Shown here: piece by piece, positions 1-12,018 of the stretch
Numbering within the stretch: position 1 is the stretch's first letter
Layout of the letters: the number at the start of each line of letters is the position of its first letter
Assembly (NCBI RefSeq): GCF_964355755.1
Contig: NC_092678.1
Location: 7,828,422-7,892,421 of the forward strand
DNA from: Antedon mediterranea
Lineage: Eukaryota; Animalia; Echinodermata
DNA: 64,000 nt
Direction of reading: 5' to 3'
Program-made: the position numbers and the translations under genes
Notes under the pieces: model-generated
Seen by the model: the letters and a program-made list of their open reading frames with translations, nothing else
Told to the model about the DNA's origin: nothing
Databases searched by the model: none

Positions 1-1257
1 GTGATATCAGCATTGTGATTTAACAGGCTATATATGCCGTGATGCGTGTTTCCTGTCATCAACAACGGGTTAACTTAGCCTTACCCTCACTAAGTACTAT
101 AATTAGCCCATTGCCTAGCTCTATGCCTATAATACAAATAGTATATGTACATGATGATATTGACAACTATTGGGGAATGTGAGTGAGAGATAATTGTTTT
201 TTTAAAGAGCTTAATGAATTCTTTTTCAAAGTGTGAGTAAGGAAATGTGTAGGCCTACATTTGCACGAATCTTTATAATCATAAGACCTTTATCAAATGT
301 GTTGTGTAGGTTACAGAGAAGATAATACACTAATCGGTCAATTTGGAAAAAAGCCAATGCTCGAATTACAGTTTTACTCACGATTTTCTGAACGACCGGA
401 TTGTATTTGATCTTCTTCTGGTTTGTATACCAGTGGTTCCTAAATAAATATTTGAAAACCGTATATAATCATATATGATATAAAAAAACACATGAACGAT
501 TTAGAAGAAATTAGAATAAATTAAGAGAGAGAAAAGGGTGGGAGTGTGGAGGGAAGCTACAAAAATGAAAAGAATTAATATCTGTATTGGATCTATTATC
601 TTCTGTATACTGAATCATATTAATATGCTATTGCACTGTTGGTACAGTATTCTATTAAATACCGTGATGTAGTGTAAACATAACACTTACTTGCGCTGCT
701 GGGATAGATAAAGGGCGTGATGGTAAAAAATATGATAATATCCAGTTGAAAAAACGGGTGAAAACTCGATTGAAATTGTTGAAAATCCATTGACGAGTGT
801 TTGTTTCATTGCTGTGTTGGTTTTCAAAGTTCCCTGAATCTACATCTTGCGGGGAGCGAGAACATTTATGTGCTGGGTCTCTAACGACCTCACTGGGTTT
901 TTCTGGAAGAGATACAACACAATATGATGTGGAAAGGTCTGCTCCTTGTTTATTGTCTAAGGTGGTATTTGTATCTCCTTCTTTTTATTCTAGTTCGTTT
1001 CTTTGATGACCAGCAACTGCTTTTCTTTTTTCTAGAAAAAAACAAACAAACAATATATAATGATAATATCCAGTTATATGGTAATATCCATATATATATA
1101 TATATATATCAATTGTGTTGCGTAGCACTTGGTAAATTTATATATAAATCATACTGTAAATTATAGAAACAGTGCTCATATGTGAAACATGATCTCATAA
1201 TCGCGTCGAGCATAGCTCATTGGCGAAACTTCCGTATTTTTAAGTTGTATTAAAAAA

Positions 1258-1329
1258 TGTCTCTGGCGGGATTCGAACCTGCAACCTCTCGCTTACAGGG
1301 CGAGTATCATACCACTGGACCACAGAGCC
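1258..1329 (-). pseudogene. tRNA-Thr(UGU)-like sequence (pseudo-tRNA or SINE head) followed by a T6 Pol III terminator
   Basis: A box TGGTCCAGTGG, B box GGTTCGAATCC, anticodon arm CTCGC-CCTGTAA-GCGAG; C33 and mismatches in the acceptor and T stems. Confidence 0.7.
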
Positions 1330-1487
1330 ATATATGGTATTGTCACAGATTTTATATATATAAATCCAAAGGCAAATTACTGAAAAAAATGACAATGCTG
1401 TGGGTATCAGTGGCTGGATCTCAATGGAGATACAAAAATAAAAAGCGAAAAGCTAAATCAAAACGATAAAGTAAACAGCCAGAAAAG

Positions 1488-1529
1488 TTAGCAGAGCTTT
1501 CGGGCAACACTAGCCCTTCATCAGTGCAA
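1488..1529 (-). ncRNA. Minimal type I hammerhead ribozyme
   Basis: GCA-CUGAUGA-A-GGGC(UAGUGUU)GCCC-GAAA-GC-UC-UGC: full catalytic core, stem II, palindromic stem III and short stem I. Confidence 0.75.
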
Positions 1530-2610
1530 GTGAAGGAATTTGGATAACGTCATAGATTTTATATATATATATAGATAAAGGACGTGATGCCGAAGCATTT
1601 GGTGGGCTACATGGTTTTACTTACCAACTGGTGCGTTTATTTGTAGTAAATTTTCCGATGGTTTCTAAAAATTAATACATAAACATCATATTAAATTGAC
1701 TTATATTAGGCCTTTACTACAATTTACTGTATGTAATAACTAACTAGGACATGAACCATTTAAAAGCAAACCATGATAACAAAATAAATTTAAATCAATA
1801 AATATTATATACAATAGGCCTACATTGTCATCATCCTACCACAAAGCTATTATATCTTCATAGTTACTACTCTCTTCTGTTGTATATTGTTCAATCAGGT
1901 AATTTCAACATGAGTAGTTAAGGGAAGTCTGGTAATTGAAATATGAATATATTTATTTATTTTAACAATATTTTATGAGGGTGAATCTACATCATGTGAA
2001 TGGATTGTTAGAGGAGCAAGATTATGGAGAGTCTTAGATGTATAAGGCAACCATGCTGATATCTGTTTATGAACAGGAAGATTGATGAAGTGTAATAAGT
2101 AGTAGGAGGAAGATGAATTAATACAAACAACTGAACGAAAATATTACTTACTTGTCGTGTGAATGAAAATATCCAGTTATAAAACCTGTTGAAAACATTA
2201 TTGAAGCGGAAACCCCATTGACGTGTGTTTGTCTCTTTGCTGTTTTGCTTTTCAATTTTCTGCGGCCCTACTGAGTTCTTGGCCTAACTCTCGTGTGTCA
2301 AATGTCGTATTTTTAACCTCTTCTTTCAAGTCAAGATCATTTTTTGAATGTTTTTTATTTTCTATTAAAATAAAAGTATTTAGAATTTTAATTACGGCTG
2401 AATAAATTCCTGTTAATTGATTTGACGATTATGGGTCACATGGCGTGCAATACCTGTATACATTTTTTATACATTCTTTTGTACGAAAAAAAAATCTTAT
2501 CGCGTACGAAAAAAAAATAATAAAAGCCCAATTACGAAATCAACATGCTTACTGGTATTATATAGAGAAACAGAAAATGTTTAAGCGAATAGTTGCTATT
2601 TATAGCTTAA

Positions 2611-2908
2611 AGATGTATTGTCCTCCAAAAACATGAAAAATGAAGATTAATTAAATCAGACTTTGAATAGTTATTTTGCAGTTTTAATAAAGTTAATCAC
2701 TTCCGTAGAAGAAACTAAAAAATATAATATTCTCAATTATAAAATGGCAAAACAAACGGTTAAATTCAATCAAAAACCCATTGGCTGGCAGCCAATTTGA
2801 CAGTTTTTTGGTCCATTTTTTTGTTAAATTAAATAAATGTGACATTGAAATAGCATATTAAACCAAAAAAAATGGTAACAAAAATTTGTTCATGGGGACA
2901 ATACATCT
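2611..2908. mobile_element. Kolobok-like non-autonomous DNA transposon
   Basis: TTAA TSD; TIR AGATGTATTGTCC...GGACAATACATCT. Confidence 0.85.
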
Positions 2909-4429
2909 TTAAATTCAATATCAATAATTATTATGTTCAATATAAAAATCTAGATTAATTTAGCTAGAGAGGGCGCTTATCAAAATGATTTGTTCTGCTT
3001 ATTTTTATATGTTTTCACTGGTATTATAATAATAGTAGTAATAGTAGTTATATAATAATAAAAATAAATAGTATATAATAATTAAGCAGGCAAGCAAACA
3101 AAAGATAACGAAGCTAACGAGCCACTGAGAAGGAAAACAAATTATTACCTTGACTTGTCATTCTGTTGGCTTTGTTCAATCTGTATAGGAAATAAAGAAA
3201 TATATTCTTTATTCATAGGACCAATAAACATTCAAACGGCACTCAATTTAATTTAAGAAAGCAAGATTTATTTAAATAAAATATTAAATTATCATTAATT
3301 AGCTTAATAATCAAATAAGTGAATATAAACATTCATATACAAATTCATAGAAAAGATAATGTAAAACTGAAATTTACTAATAAACCCCTCAAATGCAATT
3401 GTAATTCACAATGATATACCAAAGTTGCATCTCACTTGGGTAAACCTGATTTTATTTATTAGATATAACTTTCAAATATTTCAAAAATACACTTAGGCCT
3501 TCTGAATTGTTTTATTATAAATATCTGAAAACTATACAGAAGTCTGATGAAAATGTTTTAGGCCTAAATGCAATTTGTTTTACACAAATTTAAGGAGCCT
3601 TTGATTTTCGATGACTTACAACCTACGGATTGATGTTTCTTCGGACGTCGTCTGGACCTAGGAACCACCAAAACTTCCCCGCATGCGCACCAAAATAAAT
3701 TAAAGTAAATTGAAAGCTTGCTATTATATTAGGCATAAAATGAGTGAAAACATTTTCCTCCTCCTCCTCTGTCGGCCCTTATCATTTATTATATGTTATT
3801 CATTTAAATCTTGATACAATATTGATACTCTTAATACCATAGGATTTAACAGTTTCAAAATTGATTTGTACAGTATTTCTCATTTTAGTGCTTATGTACC
3901 ATACAAATTCGTGTTGGGTTTTTACTAAAACAGTAACAGTAAACAGTAAATCAGATCAAGTAGAAGTAGATTAAAATGGATAATTTTGATTGACAACACG
4001 AAAATGCTACGCTATAAAGCATTTATTTACACATGTGTACCATGTATACCAGGCTCAATAATATGTTTTTGTGTTTACATTACAGGCCTATAAAACAACA
4101 ATTGAAAGACATTCAATATAAAATAAAAACGAAACGTCATCAGTCAGCAGTCATGGTTACCAAGAATGCAGAAAAAAAAAAACAATTTCAAAACGTCACT
4201 ACAATATGCAGTAGCCAAGTAATAGCTCTTGTACGTAGGCACACATACAAAAAAGAGTTGTTTAATGTTTAAGGACCCATGTAGACTCCTGTCTATTCAA
4301 TTTAATTAGACAAACTTGAGATGTAGGCCTATATGTAAAATTCAACTACAGGCCTACTATAAAATCAACTACAAAATCTTAATAGAAAGCAACATGAAAA
4401 AGGTACTGTATACGTCAGCAAATATAGAA

Positions 4430-4800
4430 GATGTCGTAATGACATAATTGAAACTTTCAAAATTCTAAATGGCTATTATGATCAGTATCTGATTTCCTAA
4501 AACTAAATATACACGGGGCACTCTCTTAAGCTAGCTAAGAGAGTTTCCTATTTGGATAAAAGGAAATTTTCCTTTAGTAACCGTATAACTGATAATTGGA
4601 ATGCACTACCTGAACATGTTGTGACAGCAACCTCACTAAACAGTTTTAAAATTAGTCTGGACAAACTCTGGCGGAATCAACCAGTAATATACGATCACAA
4701 GTTAAGGATTCAAAATACCAGAATTGGACCAATTGGACCTCGATATAGAGGACTTTAGTCCCGCGTCCAGTATATCACCTAAGTAGGTAATTAAACCTAA
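4430..4800 (+). mobile_element. 3' fragment of a CR1-type LINE
   Basis: RGHSLKL...RKFSFSNRITDNWNALP, typical of an ORF2 C-terminus. Confidence 0.75.
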
Positions 4801-5516
4801 GTAATAAATCATATACATAATATATAAAACGAAAATTGAATTTACATTTATTTATTTAACGACATTTAACTGACGTAGGGTCGATTTGGCCGAGATGGTT
4901 TAGGGCCGACTTGAATTGATCACTCCTCTTTAATCCCATTTTAGAAAGAACTGTGTTAAGTTAATAATTAATAGCCAAAAGAAAAGCCAAATAAAAACTA
5001 TTAGGCCTACTTACCGTAACTCACCAAATGTTACATAACATAATCTTTTATACAGAATGATTTAAACACAATATTTTTTAACTAGTCTTTCCTGTAACCA
5101 TTTTCTGCAGTATATAGGTCTATTTCTATATTGCTATGGAAAATCCATATTCGTAACAAATGCGTTCCGGGTGCAAATAATCAATAATTTGTTTCAGTTT
5201 GTTCAATGATGTATAGCAAATTTATGTTGTCATTGACGAATGTGATAATGTAAAGAAGTATATTATTGGTACGACAGTATTACCGTATAAGGTATTAACA
5301 ATTGTGAGGAATAACAACTGTGAAAGTGAAGCACGATAGAAGTGTAATAGTAGTTGGTGCGACATTCACGAGTTAATATGAATAAACTAAATAACATAAT
5401 ACGATAGCTGATTTTTAAAAAGGGATGTGCATGCTCCTCCTCTCATATTTATAAAAAATTATTACAAAAACTAAGAGCATGTAGATCTACAGTAGATAAA
5501 AATGTATACATATATA

Positions 5517-8500
5517 GAAGTTTAAATTCCTTGGCAGGGCTGTGTCATACTATTCAAATTCGGTTAGTACTCTACGTATTTGGTCTGTTGTACTTGGAGG
5601 GGACATAGAAGTCAATCCTGGCCCGAATGCTACTAATTCGAACAACAAAAGTAGGTCTTTAAAGGTGTACTACCAAAACGTTCGTAGTGTAAAAAATAAA
5701 ATGGAATCATATAAATCGGAATTGTTTAGTCACATGTGCACAAGATACATAGACGTTGTAGCATTAACTGAAACCTGGTTAAATAACACTGTAATTGATT
5801 GTGAACTGTCTTTAGATGGCTTTAATCTATATCGCAGGGACCGGCAAGAGGACAAGAGAGGCGGTGGAGTTTTACTCTTAATTAACAACAAATACAGGTC
5901 GTGTCGTCTCATTAAGTTTGAAGATGAAAGTCAAGAACTAATGTGGGTCAAAATTCAACTGTCTAGAAAAAAATGTTTAATTATTGGTATATATTATCGC
6001 CCACCATCGGCACCTAAATCTCAAATCGATCGTCTCTGTGAATCTATAAACAATGTGCAATATGAATTTCAGGGTTTCAATCATGACGTTATGTTATTAG
6101 GAGATTTTAATCTACCTGAGATAAAATGGCGTTTGAATAGTTATAATAAGTGCAATATTGTAGAATGTGAAGCTCCCGACAACTCCAATGGCAAATTTTT
6201 TATAGATAATATTTTACAGGGTAATAATTTTAATCAATTTGTATATTTTCCGACATGTGCCGATCACACTCTTGATCTTGTCTTGTGCAATACTATATGC
6301 CATGAAGTTTCATTCGGTGAAGATATTTTCACTTCTGATCACTGTGCAATAAATTTTAAATATCCTATAGAGTTTAACAAACACCTTATCAATAATGACG
6401 ATCGATTGTTATATAATTTTAAAAAACTTAACAAATTAGATTTTATACAAACACTTTCTCATATTCCTTGGAATTTACTTGATCTTGCCGTTGACATTGA
6501 TGAGGCAGTTAATTTATTTTATGATTTTATTTTTGCTACTATCAAAGATCTCGTCCCTGTTTTCAGACCTAAGAGAAAACTCCCACCATGGTTTGATAAT
6601 GAGCTCTACACTGCTTTGAAATCTAAAGAATCATATTTTAGAGAAAAAAAACGTAATCCAAATAGGTTAAATATTGAAAATTTTCGATTTGCTAGGTCAA
6701 ATTTTAAACGACTTTGTAGATTTAAGTATCGTACCTATGTTAATTCATTATGTTGTAATTTAAGTTGTAATCCGAAACGTTTTTGGTCTTGGATAAAATC
6801 CTCAAGAAAAAATAATAATAACATTCCTTCGGAACTACATTTTAATAATCAGTCAGCTTACACTGTAAAAGACAAAGCAAACTTACTTAACCAATTTTTT
6901 TATTCTGTTTTTAGTCCTGTTAACAAAGATTTGGATGTTCCTAATCTTCCTGAATATCCCATCGATTGCTTATCTAAACTTGAGTTTAATCAGGAGGTTA
7001 TAGAAAAGCACATTAATGAAATTGATTCTCATAAGGCTTCAGGTAATGATGGTCTAAGTAATATTGTTTTGTCTTAAGCTGCCAAACCTCTTTCTTTCCC
7101 TTGTAAAATTTTATTTGAAAGATGCATTTCTGAGAAACGTTTTCCGATAAAATGGAAGCAAGCTAACGTGTGCCCTATCTTTAAAGCTGGTTCTAAATCT
7201 GATGTACGCAATTATAGACCGGTTTCATTGTTGCCAACTATTTCTAAAGTTTTTGAAAAAATTGTTCACGACCAAATTTTTAAACATATATCACCAGTTA
7301 TTAGTGACCATCAACACGGATTTTACCCAGGAAGGTCTTGTGAAACAAATTTGTCTGTTCTGTTGTCACATGCGTATGACGCAATAAATGCAAAAGGGCA
7401 ATGCGAAGTTGTATATACAGACATGGCTAAAGCCTTTGACAGGGTCTCCCATAAGTTGCTCTTGTTTAAACTTCAACAATTTGGTCTAAATCACGATTTA
7501 ATTTTATTTTTTACAAGTTATTTATCGGACAGGTTTCAGAGAGTCACTTTTGATGGTAACGCGTCTGAATGGCTTCCAGTTTTATCTGAAGTGCCTCAGG
7601 GGTCTATTTTGGGGCCTCTTTTTTTCATTATGTTTATTAACGATTTTTCCTTTGTTCCTCGTCATTCTAATGTTCTTATGTTTGCTGACGATATCAAATT
7701 ATTTAAGTCTATACAAACTTTAAATGATATGTTGTTGTTACAAGAAGACGTTGACAGACTCATTCACTGGTGCGACACTTGGAATATGTCAGTCAATGCC
7801 TCTAAATGCAAATCAATGTCTTTTACTCTTAAGAAAAAACCCATCTATTTTGACTTTTATATTAAGAATATTATACTTGAAAGAGTCTCTGTTCACAAAG
7901 ACCTTGGTGTTTTTTTAGATAGTTCATTAACCTTCTGTAAACATATTGATTTTATAGTCTCTAAATGCAATAGACTTTTGGGTTTTCTTTGGAGACATTG
8001 CAGACATATCAACGATAAAAAGGCATTAGTTATTTTATACAAATCTTTAGTTAGGTCGAATCTTGAATTCTGCAGTGTTATTTTTAACTCTATTTCTCTT
8101 GCCCAGTCTTCTAGATTACAAAGTGTACAGAACAAGTTTTGTCGATTTTATGTGCGTAAATTTGGTTCTATTAGCAAAGACGTTCTTTTTAATTTAGCGG
8201 GTAGGCGTAAGTTATTTGATTTAATTTTTCTTTTTAAGGCTGTGAACTCAATTTTTCATGGTAATTTTGAAGTGTACTTTCCTATTTCTGTTCCACAATA
8301 TCAATTGCGTTATCCTGCTTTATTTTCTATATCAAGAGGGAGGGTAAATATTACTAAAAATGGTTTTGTTAATCGTTTGCCTAAGTTATACCATTCACTA
8401 TGTAAAATTGATGGATCTGTTGATATTTTTTTTGATTCCCTTGCTTGTTTCCGTCACAAGGTTTTGTCTAATGTCAGTAATATTTAAATGTTGTCTTGTT

Positions 8501-8622
8501 ATCTGTTGATTTTTGCTTGTATATTATATGTTATATTTAACGACTTTCAGCCCTGTTAATGGTGACGTTTGGTCACTGTAGGGTGATGATGAAATAAAAT
8601 AAAAATAAAAATAAAAAAAAAA
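5517..8622 (+). mobile_element. 5'-truncated CR1/L2-group LINE (APE endonuclease plus RT), nonsense codon at 7075-7077
   Basis: TETWL, GDFN, SDH, PQGS, FADD motifs; 3'UTR with (ATAAAA)n/polyA tail; near-identical to the 50.9-54.5 kb copy. Confidence 0.95.
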
Positions 8623-9893
8623 GTATACAGTTGTTAATCACAAATATTACTATAGTGGTTCTACAAAATCCACTGTTTTACAAAGTAAACTCCAACTAAA
8701 CTTATTTTTCTAATTCTACAAGTCAAACATACCTACATGCATATTTTTTATTTATTTTTTCATCTGAAGCAATTAGTAAAGTAAAGAATGCTCAAACATT
8801 CATAGAGCTCCCAATATTTTAGTTCGGACTAGAAAAAGGGGCTTTATGAATCCAAAGGCAAAGTAAACAAACAAAAATGGTGGGTAATATTGTTGGGATA
8901 CAAAGTAGACACAAGATTAATCTTTAAGATAAACAGCCTCAGAGATATTAAAAAAGGTATATTAGCTTATACTTTCAAAACACATTATAGGTATAGTGTA
9001 GAAGTTTTTTTTGTCAATACATTATTTTAATTGGTTGGTAAACGCTTATTTTTTATTTTTTTTTGGCTCGGTTTCCTGTAACAATTTTAATACTATTTTT
9101 AATTTTAAGCAATATTGTAATTAATTGTATTTTCTTCGTGTTCTTTCATTTAAAATTTAAAAATGTAGCCCAAGTTTGTTTCGACCTTATGCATATCTTT
9201 TGTTATTGTTACACACTGTGGCGTAACGAAGCAAAGTTCAACGTTGGGTAGTTGTATTGGGGCTCTTGCTCTGGGGCCCAGGGTTTAGCCACTGGAAAGA
9301 AATTACCGTAATTAGTTACCATAATCTAACTAAGTTTAGATTGCAATTTTGTTTCAATTTTGCCTACGTAGTAGTTGACTCTCCTTGTGTTTTTATACAG
9401 TTTCTCTGTTACAAGTCGAATAAGCCTTATTCGCTGGTAACAAAGATATTTATGTGTTTGTGATTATGTCCTTTATGTATGTCTCTTATTAAGTGATTAC
9501 CAGAGGATGTGATAAAATCTACTACACTATACCCAATCTATTTATTATTACACGTAGGCATATAGCCTACTTATGTAAGCTATAATCTAATAAACCTTTT
9601 TTATTTGGATTCCATTCCCATGGTGGATTCGATCTCAGTACCGCAAATATCGATCCATTATATCATCCATCCTGAAAAATCTGAATTCCTCCATAACTTA
9701 CACATTATGTCGTACCGTACCTCCCGAAACCAACTTGATTATATAGATGAATACATACCGAAATCAATCATAATTAATGTTAATGTTGCACATTTCTTGT
9801 TAATTAATATCGTAATCGTATCGTAACCCTTGAACAGAGGATCGTGTAAAATGTTCTTAAAAGACTACCGTACATCATTGTATGATTGAAAAC

Positions 9894-9954
9894 AATTCAA
9901 AAACTTTTTCACCGTTTTCGGTGGATTTTAAACGGTGAAAAAAGTTTTTGAATT
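9894..9954. repeat. Hairpin palindrome
   Basis: AATTCAAAAACTTTTTCACCGTTT...AAACGGTGAAAAAAGTTTTTGAATT. Confidence 0.75.
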
Positions 9955-11859
9955 TTTTACACTGTTTTTTCGGTGGATTTTAAACGGTAAAAATTAGGCC
10001 TAAGCATAGGCGCCGTGCACCGCGGAAACGGTAGTGACAAACGCCTATGCTTATAATTTTTTTTCTCATACTGTACAATCTTCCGGGCAAGAGTCACGAT
10101 TTAAAAAAAATTAACATGGTGTCCTGAAATCCCCTGAAAATATGTTATTTCTATTAGTTACGCTTCCCTACACAGATTGTTTGTTATCGATCGAAGATGT
10201 CTTCCGTTTCGTGAAAAGGCGTAATTATAAATGCAATGGAACCACGGGGCAGATCCGTTTTATCAATTGGAACGACTACCCATTCTCCATCGTGTAACAA
10301 ATACACACGGTCTTCCCCCCGGGTTTTCATCGGCGTGTAGCCATGGAGATACGGTATACAAATGTTTTTAACAATTCAGAAGTAAAAATAGGCCTCTTAT
10401 CACCAACTAAAATGATGCCTTTACCAAGATACTTTTGTCTGATTTAAAGATAATTAGCCTATATAGTTTAGAAAATAACTAACCTTTATATATTGCCTTT
10501 TTATTCAACCATCGTCTGTCTACATTGTTGTAGGTATAACTAGTGTATTTTCTCTATCAAGTTCAAGTGAACACCGTCGTTTCCGTGTGCAATACAATAG
10601 TGTAACGTTTCACTGTTTGTTTAATGTCCTCACTGTCGAATGTGATGTAAAGATGAAGGTTTTTATTACAGTGGTTAAATGTCAATAACAAAAAAGAATT
10701 TGAAAATAAAATAACAATAACAAAGTACTTGGTTTCTTATATATAAAATTCATAATTTCAAAATGACGTTAATAGTAACATTTTACACTTTGTACTCTGA
10801 CAAATGATGACCATGTCTTTTTTTAAACCCGTGGTTATTCTTATTTATTTATTTATTTATATTTTGTACAAAGACATTGCAACAAGAGGAACAAAGTTCC
10901 CACTTATAAGTAATGTCTATAGGCCCTACAAGTAGATAAGCTTATATTAAAAATTCATATAACATAATCTGCCCAACCACCCATCTAAGAAATCAGAAAA
11001 CAAATCAGCTTAAAGACAATTGGAAACGATAATTTTAAATAGCAGCCAGACGTTCGTGTCTTTTTTCTTTATTATTATAATTAAAACAATTAAAATGGCC
11101 TTAATTGGCACATGTAGGCCTACTATTACAGTATATGGAGGGAGATGTCTGACATCAAATAAAAGAGCTATATCGCCCTCTATAATTGATACACGTTTAG
11201 CACTTCAATTATCATTATTATTTTTTTTTCGGGACCGTAACAGTACTATACGTTTAAACACCATCGGTGTTTACGTTGTTTAAAAAAAGACAATATTAAA
11301 TTGGAATAGGCCTACACCAAATATGCTCATTTATAAACATGAGCTTCATACCTCTCTACCTAGAAACAGAAGATAAATACATTGACAATAAATAAAACAA
11401 ATAAGAAATCTTAATGTAGGCCTATGAAAAAAATTATGATAAATCATGTTATAGATAATTGACATTTAATTTTTTTTTTTAAATCTCAATGTATCTAAAA
11501 AAAAGAATGATTCATCCAAGAAAATGTATAAAACATTAATCAGAAAATAAGATTAGAAGAATAATACTAATAATAATTGTAGTATGATTATGGCCTATGG
11601 TTTTTATTTTTGTCTATCATCTTCTCATCGTTTATTACTCATACCGCGCCTTAAAAGTGTTGCAGCAATGAAGAGCTATTATAAGTAAACACACTTCGCA
11701 TTTGAATGCGTTGTATTACACCATACAATGACATTGATGAATGTAGTGTTCAAATTACAACATTTTTTCTCACTAGCTCATTCCAGCGACTACGAGCTAC
11801 ATTATTTTATTCATGCAATAAAGCATAGTGCGCCCTTTATGGATTTGAAGTCAGCACGT

Positions 11860-11935
11860 TTTGACCGTACTGCGCATGTCATAAAATTGTATTTGATCAC
11901 ATGACTAATGTTTAGTCTCTCAACAAATATGGCGT
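11860..11935 (+). promoter_or_regulatory. Putative Raf promoter / 5' region
   Basis: NRF1-like TGCGCATG at 11871 and YY1-like AATATGGCG overlapping the ATG; motif matches only. Confidence 0.4.
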
Positions 11936-12018
11936 TGCAACATCCGCAAATTTCAATCAATGAGAATATGATGCCACTGGACAACGGCCACAACGATGAT
12001 CTTGTATCAAATGATGAG
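11929..12018 (+). CDS. BRAF: Raf exon 1 (MALQHPQ...VSNDE)
   Basis: AATATGGCG start context, 90 nt, phase-0 donor GAG|gtattg matching exon 2; sequence itself poorly conserved. Confidence 0.72.

Larger units (their letters stand above)
382..3180 (-). pseudogene. Disrupted multi-exon gene of unknown family; exons 3180-3149, 2361-2152, 1664-1625, 1031-691, 439-382; runs off the left edge
   Basis: Canonical splice sites with compatible phases; two paralogous large exons; frameshift in 2361-2152 and in-frame TAA at 987-985. Confidence 0.62.

Noticed and set aside
1258-1329. Functional tRNA-Thr gene
   Set aside because: C instead of U at position 33, mismatched acceptor and T stems, and a repeat-like context
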